Source: Thermoplasmata archaeon
GTDB lineage: Archaea > Thermoplasmatota > Thermoplasmata > Lutacidiplasmatales > SKW197
Length of the DNA stretch: 24,000 bases
Assembly: GCA_026414225.1 (NCBI GenBank)
Contig: JAOAJK010000013.1
Coordinates: 16,536-40,535 of the forward strand
Direction: 5' to 3'
Shown here: piece by piece, positions 9,710 through 15,903 of the stretch
Layout of the letters: each line of letters begins with the position of its first letter
Position numbering within the stretch: the first letter of the stretch is position 1
Translations under genes and position numbers: made by a program
Notes under the pieces: model-generated
Told to the model about the DNA's origin: nothing
The model's database searches: none
The model's input: the letters and a program-made list of their open reading frames with translations, nothing else

Positions 9710-9864
9710 ATCAAATATAAAGTTTTGCTTTCATTTTGAAGGCTTCTCTCCTAAATGCCGCAATCCCGAATAAGGGGTAGGCAGAGGTTTCCTGATGGAA
9801 AGGTTAGATGCTGCTAGCCCTGTGAACCAATAAGAAATAAATATTGCAAGAGTATTTCCTCACC

Positions 9865-12579
9865 ATGGCTACAAAAAATCTATGGTATGCCATGGAAACG
9901 AAAGAAACACTGGCACTTTTAAAGACCTCTGCTGAAAAGGGGCTTACATCTGAAGAAGCGCGGCGGAGATTGTCAAAAGGAAAAAATGTGCTTGCCGAGA
10001 AAAAAAAGGAACATCCAGTGATTAAATTTTTAAATCAGTTCAAGAGCATTCCAATTATTATGCTTATTGTTGCTGCGATAATAACTGTTATTTTAACAAT
10101 TTTTACTGAAGAAAATCATCTATCTGATACGGTCGCGATTCTGATAGCGATAACAATCAATGCGGTGATGGGCTACATGATGGAGGCAAGGGCGGAGAAG
10201 GCCATGGAAGCCCTGAAGAGAATGACTGCACCCAAAACAAAAGTGGTAAGAGATGGAACCTGCCAGGAAATTCTCGTGGAAGATGTGGTCCCAGGCGATA
10301 TCGTGCTCCTGGAGGAGGGGGACAAGGTTCCTGCAGACATTCGCCTTATAGAAACCACAAATCTGGAAGTGGATGAATCTATGCTCACAGGGGAGAGTGT
10401 TACGGTGCAGAAGGATGCCCATGCATGTCCAGAAGACGCTGAAAAGTGGGAGAGAACGAATCTGGTATACATGGGCACAATTGTGGCAAGAGGACGGGCG
10501 AAAGGAGTCGTTTTCCACACGGGGATGGAGACAGAACTTGGAAAAATTGCAAAACTTGTGCAGGAAAGTGAAGGCGAGGAAACTCCCCTCCAGAAAAGCA
10601 TCGATACACTCGGCAAACAAATTGGCTACATTGCAATAGCGATTTCTACCTTGCTCTTTTTCACAGCCACCGCAATTTCCCAAACCCATCTTTCCCAGAA
10701 CTTTCTGCTTGCAATTAGCTTGGCAGTCGCAATAATCCCAGAGGGGCTTCCAATCGTGCTCGTGGTTACCCTCGCAATCGGAATGCAGGTGATGGCAAAG
10801 CGGAACGCAATCGTTCGCCGCCTAATGTGCGTGGAAACCCTAGGATGCACCTCTGTCATCTGCACTGATAAAACTGGCACGCTTACGAAAAACCAGATGA
10901 CTGTAAAAGAAGTGTTTGTGGACGGTGAAATTCTTTCGGTAAGTGGCACTGGCTATGAACCAAAAGGTGAGATTGAAAACGCCGGTGAGCATAAGGGAAG
11001 CATTGACCTTCTAACAAGGATTGGAATTCTCTGCAACAATGCAAATCTACTTGAGGAAAATAACGCCTGGAAGGTCATTGGAGATCCGACCGAGGGGGCG
11101 CTCCTTGCGCTCGCCGGAAAGGTGGGTGCTGTTCCGAAGCAGTTCCACACCAAATACAGGCGAATTTACGAGAAGGTGTTTGATCCTAAGAAAAAGATAA
11201 TGAGCACGATAAATGAGGTGGATGGAAAGAAGGTGATCCACATCAAAGGTGCACCTGAGGTTATTCTCTCGCTTTCTGGGAATTTCTGGCACAACGGAAA
11301 AGTTTTGCCGCTATCCCACCAACACCGCACGGCAATTGAGATTGCAAACAAGAGAATGGCATCGATGGGATACAGGGTGCTGGCTCTCGGATACAAAGAG
11401 ATAGAACAAATCCCAGAGAATGTGGAGGACATGGAGAAAAACATGACCTTTGTTGGCCTTGTGGGTATAATAGACCCGCCAAGACCAGAAGTAAAGAATG
11501 CAATCAAAACCTGTCATGAAGCAGGCATAAAGGTTGTAATGATCACCGGCGACCAGAAGGACACAGCAATAGCAATTGCAAAGCAGCTCGGAATCTGGAG
11601 CGGGAAGATTCTTACAGGTAGCGAACTTGAAAAGATGAGTGATGATGAACTGGCTAAAATCGTGGAAGAAGTGAGCGTTTATGCTAGGGTCCATCCCGAG
11701 ATGAAGTTAAAGATTGTGCGGGCTTTCAAGAAGAGGGGGCATGTGGTCGCAATGACTGGCGATGGCGTGAATGATGCACCTGCCCTTGCAAATGCGGATA
11801 TTGGAATTTCCATGGGAATTACCGGCACAGATGTGGCTAAGGATGCCAGTGGAATCGTGCTTGCGGACGACAATTTTGCAACTATTGTAAAAGCGGTTGA
11901 AGAGGGAAGAAAGATATATGAGAACATACGGAAATTTGTGAGATACCAGATAACCACGAATATCGGGGCGACCACACTGGTATTTCTTGCAATATTCACC
12001 GTACCTGGTGTGATCCCTCTCTACCCCGTACAAATTCTCTGGGTGAACATACTAATCGACGGTCCGCCTGCCCAGGCACTCGGACTTGAGCCCGCTACAA
12101 GGAAGATAATGAAGAACAAGCCCAGAAATCCGAAGGAACACATCCTCTCGAGGGAAATGGTATCCGCAATTCTTGTGAATGGACTGGCAATGGCGTTTCT
12201 CACACTCCTCGTGTTCTGGTATTCCTACAATTTTGCACCTGGTGAGTTTATGGATGCTCCTGCTGAAAGAGAGGCGTATGCCCAGACAATGACATTCACT
12301 ACATTTGTGGTATTCCAAGTGTACAGCGTCCTCAACTGCAGAAACCTGCGGGAGTCCCTGTTCAGTTTAAAGATGAATAACCGTTTGCTTTTAATTACAA
12401 TAGTTCTGGCGCTGCTTCTCCAGCTTTTTGCAGTTTACATGCCATTCATGAATTCAACCTTCAGAACAATTCCAATCAGAGCTGTTGACTGGCTTACGAT
12501 ATTCCTGCTGGGCATCATCCTGATTTGTGTGGATGAGATACGGAAGCTTGTGATGCGCCACCGCAGGGGTGATGTATGA
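9865..12579 (+). CDS. P-type (P2A-like) cation-transporting ATPase, probable Ca2+ ATPase
   Basis: Phosphorylation motif 'CTDKTGTLTKNQM', 'TGES', 'PEGLPIVLVVTLAIG', 'MTGDGVNDAPALANADIGISMG'. The ORF track begins at 9844 but ATG 9865 (MATKNLWY) is more plausible. Confidence 0.92.
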   Translation: MATKNLWYAMETKETLALLKTSAEKGLTSEEARRRLSKGKNVLAEKKKEHPVIKFLNQFKSIPIIMLIVAAIITVILTIFTEENHLSDTVAILIAITINAVMGYMMEARAEKAMEALKRMTAPKTKVVRDGTCQEILVEDVVPGDIVLLEEGDKVPADIRLIETTNLEVDESMLTGESVTVQKDAHACPEDAEKWERTNLVYMGTIVARGRAKGVVFHTGMETELGKIAKLVQESEGEETPLQKSIDTLGKQIGYIAIAISTLLFFTATAISQTHLSQNFLLAISLAVAIIPEGLPIVLVVTLAIGMQVMAKRNAIVRRLMCVETLGCTSVICTDKTGTLTKNQMTVKEVFVDGEILSVSGTGYEPKGEIENAGEHKGSIDLLTRIGILCNNANLLEENNAWKVIGDPTEGALLALAGKVGAVPKQFHTKYRRIYEKVFDPKKKIMSTINEVDGKKVIHIKGAPEVILSLSGNFWHNGKVLPLSHQHRTAIEIANKRMASMGYRVLALGYKEIEQIPENVEDMEKNMTFVGLVGIIDPPRPEVKNAIKTCHEAGIKVVMITGDQKDTAIAIAKQLGIWSGKILTGSELEKMSDDELAKIVEEVSVYARVHPEMKLKIVRAFKKRGHVVAMTGDGVNDAPALANADIGISMGITGTDVAKDASGIVLADDNFATIVKAVEEGRKIYENIRKFVRYQITTNIGATTLVFLAIFTVPGVIPLYPVQILWVNILIDGPPAQALGLEPATRKIMKNKPRNPKEHILSREMVSAILVNGLAMAFLTLLVFWYSYNFAPGEFMDAPAEREAYAQTMTFTTFVVFQVYSVLNCRNLRESLFSLKMNNRLLLITIVLALLLQLFAVYMPFMNSTFRTIPIRAVDWLTIFLLGIILICVDEIRKLVMRHRRGDV

Positions 12580-12941
12580 GCGTTGGGAGCATGGGGGTGG
12601 ACATTTACTTCGTTTTGATAACTCTAATCCTTTTTTTTGGCTTTTTTGTCAGCCCTTTCTTCTCCGCATTTGCAGGTGCTGGCCAGGGAAGAAACACTGA
12701 ATCGCCAGGAATCATGGGGGTCTTCATGAGAAACGTAAGGCGGAGAAAGGAGGCCCTGTTTGTATGGGGAATCCTGGCCCTCGCAGATGCAGTTCTGGCA
12801 ACAGTTTTTCTCCAGATGCTGCCGGCAATCCCCTTACCTCTCGCTTTCCTCTGTGTCGGCGCGATAATCTTCATTTATGTGGTTGAAATTCACGGGATCA
12901 ACAAAATGTTTGGAAGGGGAGATGTAGAAAATGGAAATTAA
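12576..12941 (+). CDS. Small membrane protein (about 121 aa), unknown function
   Basis: ATGA overlap with the ATPase stop (12576-12579). Three hydrophobic segments separated by a basic loop (RNVRRRKEALF). The stop overlaps the next ATG at 12931. Confidence 0.6.
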   Translation: MSVGSMGVDIYFVLITLILFFGFFVSPFFSAFAGAGQGRNTESPGIMGVFMRNVRRRKEALFVWGILALADAVLATVFLQMLPAIPLPLAFLCVGAIIFIYVVEIHGINKMFGRGDVENGN

Positions 12942-14202
12942 TGCAGACCTCCACATTCACAGCCGTTACTCGGGTGGGACGAGCGATGTCATGAATATGC
13001 GCAATCTATCCAAGGGTGCAAGCCAGAAAGGAATAAACTTGATTGGTTCCGGAGATTGCCTTCATCCCAGATGGCTTGAGGAAATAAAGGCACTGGAAAA
13101 GGTGGATGAGGGAACTTTCGAAATTGGGGGTCTGAGAGTGATTTTAACCTGTGAGGTAGAGGACTGCGACAGGGTACACCACCTGCTTATGTTCCCTTCA
13201 ATTTCAAAGGTAGAGGAATTTTCAGAAAAGATTCTCTCGAAGGTATCAGACCTCACAACCGATGGCCGGCCCAGGTTTCATGGAAATGGGGCGGATCTCG
13301 CAGCGATCGCAAGGGACTGTGGGGTCCTTATCGGCCCCTGCCATGCGTTCACTCCCTGGACATCCGTATATGCTGCGTTTGATTCGCTGAAAGAGTGCTA
13401 TGGGGAACTTGTGGGATATGTGGGTTACATAGAACTCGGGCTGAGCGCGGACACCTCTTATGCGGACAGAATTGCAGAACTCCATGACCTTACCTTCCTT
13501 ACAAATTCCGATGCCCATTCTCCCTGGCCTGTACGGCTTGCCAGGGAATTCATGCGGATGGAAGTTGAGGAGGCAATTTTCGAAGAAGTGGCTATGGCTA
13601 TACTTCGAAGGAAAGGGAGACAGGTAGTGCTGAATGTGGGTGTGCCACCAGAAGAGGGAAAGTACAATGAGAGTGCATGCATAAAATGCTACGCCCATTA
13701 CACCCTGAATGATGCGGTGAGAAATGGCTGGAGGTGCAGGTGCGGGGGCAGAATAAAGAAAGGGGTCCGGGATAGAGTTGAGGAACTGGCAGACTATCCG
13801 GAGCCGAAAACACCTTCCCACAGACCAAGATACATCCACATCATCCCTCTCACGGAAATAATTGCGAAAGCATTGGGCAGCTCTCCAAATAGCAAAAAGG
13901 TTCTTGAAATCTGGGATGGTCTCATCAACAAATTCGGTAATGAGGTGAGAATTTTAATCGATACCGAGATTGAGGAAATCAGCAAGGTAGCACCTCCAGA
14001 GGTCATTAGGGCAATCGCCGCCTTCAGGGCCGGGAAGGTTTTAGTGAAGCCAGGCGGTGGCGGGCAGTATGGAGAAATTGTGATTCCTGACGGCGGTTTA
14101 GAAACGTCCAACATTTCCAGGAATGCCAGTACACCATCAATGAAAAAAGGGGAAAGCGGAAGGGTGAATAGGCACCAGCCAACCCTGGATAGCTTTAGTT
14201 AA
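12931..14202 (+). CDS. endoQ: Endonuclease Q (EndoQ) / PHP-domain DNA repair nuclease
   Basis: 'ADLHIHSRYSGGTSDVMN', 'GSGDCLHPRW', 'LTCEVED..RVHHLLMFPS', 'PCHAFTPWTSVY', 'NSDAHSPWP', C4-type 'CIKCYAHYTLND...CRCGG', and C-terminal 'QPTLDSFS' resembling a PIP box. Confidence 0.85.
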   Translation: MEINADLHIHSRYSGGTSDVMNMRNLSKGASQKGINLIGSGDCLHPRWLEEIKALEKVDEGTFEIGGLRVILTCEVEDCDRVHHLLMFPSISKVEEFSEKILSKVSDLTTDGRPRFHGNGADLAAIARDCGVLIGPCHAFTPWTSVYAAFDSLKECYGELVGYVGYIELGLSADTSYADRIAELHDLTFLTNSDAHSPWPVRLAREFMRMEVEEAIFEEVAMAILRRKGRQVVLNVGVPPEEGKYNESACIKCYAHYTLNDAVRNGWRCRCGGRIKKGVRDRVEELADYPEPKTPSHRPRYIHIIPLTEIIAKALGSSPNSKKVLEIWDGLINKFGNEVRILIDTEIEEISKVAPPEVIRAIAAFRAGKVLVKPGGGGQYGEIVIPDGGLETSNISRNASTPSMKKGESGRVNRHQPTLDSFS

Positions 14203-14213
14203 AATGTTGGTCC

Positions 14214-14226
14214 AACGCTTAGCGTT
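14214..14226. promoter_or_regulatory. 13-bp palindrome AACGCT-T-AGCGTT upstream of the Ubl operon (putative operator)
   Basis: Arms AACGCT and AGCGTT are perfect reverse complements. They sit directly before a TATA-like element in the 72-nt gap between endoQ and the Ubl gene. Confidence 0.4.
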
Positions 14227-14228
14227 AG

Positions 14229-14237
14229 TTATATATT
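14229..14237 (+). promoter_or_regulatory. Candidate TATA box for the Ubl-E2-JAMM-E1 operon
   Basis: 'ttatatatt' about 40 nt upstream of ATG 14275. There is a second AT-rich candidate, 'gttatattgg', near 14246-14255. Confidence 0.4.
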
Positions 14238-14274
14238 TGAGTTTTGTTATATTGGTTAGAAGGTGCACCTCTAA

Positions 14275-15345
14275 ATGTCACCCGAAACTTCAGAAACCAC
14301 GAAATGTCCTTATTGCGGCAAAAACATTCCAAAGGACTCTACAATCTGCTCCTCATGTGGGAAGGAACTGTTTGAGGAGGTGTTCCTCTGTCCTAAATGC
14401 AATGAAGAAGTCGGGGAACTGGATGAAGTGTGTCCTCACTGTGGTGCTAGATTTGCCTCCTCAAAACCCACAAGTTTTCTGGAGACGGGTGGAAGTTACA
14501 TTGCAGAGGATGAAAACCTTGCCTACAGATTGTTCAAGGACCTGCTGGATGCTGGTTTTGCAGGACTGTGTCTGACTAAAAGCAATCCTAGAAAAATCAG
14601 AAAGAGGTACAATGTCAACATCGATGAGATATACTGGCTCACCTCCACCCTGACAAAGGAGAAAACCCTTGACCCCCAGCGGCTGGAGTTTGAAATGACC
14701 TACATCATTGGAGAATTCGTTAAAAATAACTCAAAGCCGGCAATCATTCTGGATGCAATCGGGCTTCTCATAACTGCAAACGGTTTTGAGAAGGTAATTG
14801 ATTTCGTGAAGGGCGTAGTTGACATGGTGTCAGTCAATAACGGTGTGTTCATTGTCCATGTTTCCCCGATTGTTCTAAGCAAGAAGGAAATTGAAACGCT
14901 TAAGCAGTATCTTGAGGTCATAGATTATAAAAAAGCTGGAATAAGCGAACCGGAGAGCATGGAGGAAGAGGAGGGCGAAGAACTTGCAGAACCAGAGGAA
15001 ACCAGAAAGGAGAGTTTTGAACTCATCATGCAGAAATTCAGGTTACTTTCAAGTGAGGCAGAAAAGGAAGAAACTACAAAAAAGAAAAAGGTGGTGGAAG
15101 AAATGTCGATAAGAGTGAAAGTGCGCGATGCTGAGACAGGTGCTTCGCTGGACATGGAACTCGAGCCAGACAATACAATAGACGAGATCATAGAAAGTGT
15201 GGGTACCTACTGGGAGAAGAACATAGGCGTGTATGTGCTCCGTAAGGGAAAGCGCATACTGCGAGGCGAAACCAAAGTGGAGGAAGCAGATATAAGAGAT
15301 GGGGACTTAATGGAGCTCATCCCTGACCCAGAAGGCGGAATTTGA
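14275..15345 (+). CDS. Ubiquitin-like modifier precursor: double zinc ribbon + DUF835-like domain + acidic/KKKK linker + C-terminal ubiquitin-like domain ending GG-I
   Basis: 356 aa. Zn ribbons 'CPYCGKNIPKDSTICSSCGKE' and 'CPKCNEEVGELDEVCPHCGARF'. DUF835-like 'AGLCLTKSNPRKIRKRYNVNIDEIYWLT...AIILDAIGLLITANGFEKVIDFVKGVVDMVSVNNGVFIVHVSP'. Ubl 'MSIRVKVRDAETGASLDMELEPDNTIDEIIESVGTYWEKNIGVYVLRKGKRILRGETKVEEADIRDGDLMELIPDPEGGI*' has the spacing of a beta-grasp ubiquitin and a C-terminal diglycine plus one residue. Confidence 0.85.
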   Translation: MSPETSETTKCPYCGKNIPKDSTICSSCGKELFEEVFLCPKCNEEVGELDEVCPHCGARFASSKPTSFLETGGSYIAEDENLAYRLFKDLLDAGFAGLCLTKSNPRKIRKRYNVNIDEIYWLTSTLTKEKTLDPQRLEFEMTYIIGEFVKNNSKPAIILDAIGLLITANGFEKVIDFVKGVVDMVSVNNGVFIVHVSPIVLSKKEIETLKQYLEVIDYKKAGISEPESMEEEEGEELAEPEETRKESFELIMQKFRLLSSEAEKEETTKKKKVVEEMSIRVKVRDAETGASLDMELEPDNTIDEIIESVGTYWEKNIGVYVLRKGKRILRGETKVEEADIRDGDLMELIPDPEGGI

Positions 15346-15360
15346 GAGGGGGAATCAGAT

Positions 15361-15903
15361 GTGCCGCTTCCTATCGAAGTATTGAGGCAAAGGTTGTATA
15401 ATGAAATCCTTACATGCAAAAAAGAACTGAGGCACATACTTTCGGTCTCGGATAGCAGTCTGTCCAACTTTCCGATAGAAATAGACCTCACATTTGTAAA
15501 AACGCCTGGACCGTTTCTCTGGGAAGGAAAGGTGACCACCAGGTACACGCACAAGGTAAAAATAATCATCACTGCCCAGTATCCCTATCAGAAGCCAATA
15601 GTAAGATGGCTCAGCCCGATATTCCATCCCAATATAATGCCACCGCATGAAGGTGGTTATGTCTGCACCAAGCTTTTTGATACCTGGACACCCCAGTCGA
15701 CACTCCTGATGTTTATCAAGGGACTTGAGGCCCTGCTTTCAAATCCAAACCCTGGAAACCCTCTCGGGAGCGAGGCATGCCAGAAAGCTGCGGAGTATTT
15801 TGAAAAGCATCCGTACAAACCACCAGTTATAGTAGAAAAGACAAAGACAGAGCATGCTCCGAAGATTGTTGGAGGAGCAGAAGATGGCGAGGGAAAAACC
15901 TAA
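15361..15903 (+). CDS. E2 ubiquitin-conjugating enzyme-like (UBC fold) protein
   Basis: 180 aa, GTG start with upstream GAGGGGG. 'FPIEIDLTFVKTPGPFLWEGKVTT...KVKIIITAQYPYQKPIVRWLSPIFHPNIMPPHEGGYVCTKLFDTWTPQSTLLMFIKGLEALLSNPNPGNPLGSEACQKAAEYFEKHP' contains YPYxxP, HPN (89-91), candidate catalytic Cys102 (nt 15664-15666), a 'W(T/S)P' motif and 'LLSNPNPxxPL'. Confidence 0.93.
   Translation: MPLPIEVLRQRLYNEILTCKKELRHILSVSDSSLSNFPIEIDLTFVKTPGPFLWEGKVTTRYTHKVKIIITAQYPYQKPIVRWLSPIFHPNIMPPHEGGYVCTKLFDTWTPQSTLLMFIKGLEALLSNPNPGNPLGSEACQKAAEYFEKHPYKPPVIVEKTKTEHAPKIVGGAEDGEGKT

Noticed and set aside
10120-10689. 189-aa and 147-aa antisense ORFs within the P-type ATPase gene
   Set aside because: Cys/His-rich appearance briefly suggested a zinc protein, but it is the antisense of conserved ATPase motifs with irregular Cys spacing.
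13246-13839. 197-aa minus-strand ORF inside endoQ
   Set aside because: Antisense to a strongly supported EndoQ coding sequence with no recognisable motifs.
14204-14575. 123-aa plus-strand ORF overlapping the start of the Ubl gene
   Set aside because: Out-of-frame shadow ORF. The 14275 frame has clear zinc ribbon and DUF835-like content while this one has no recognisable domain.
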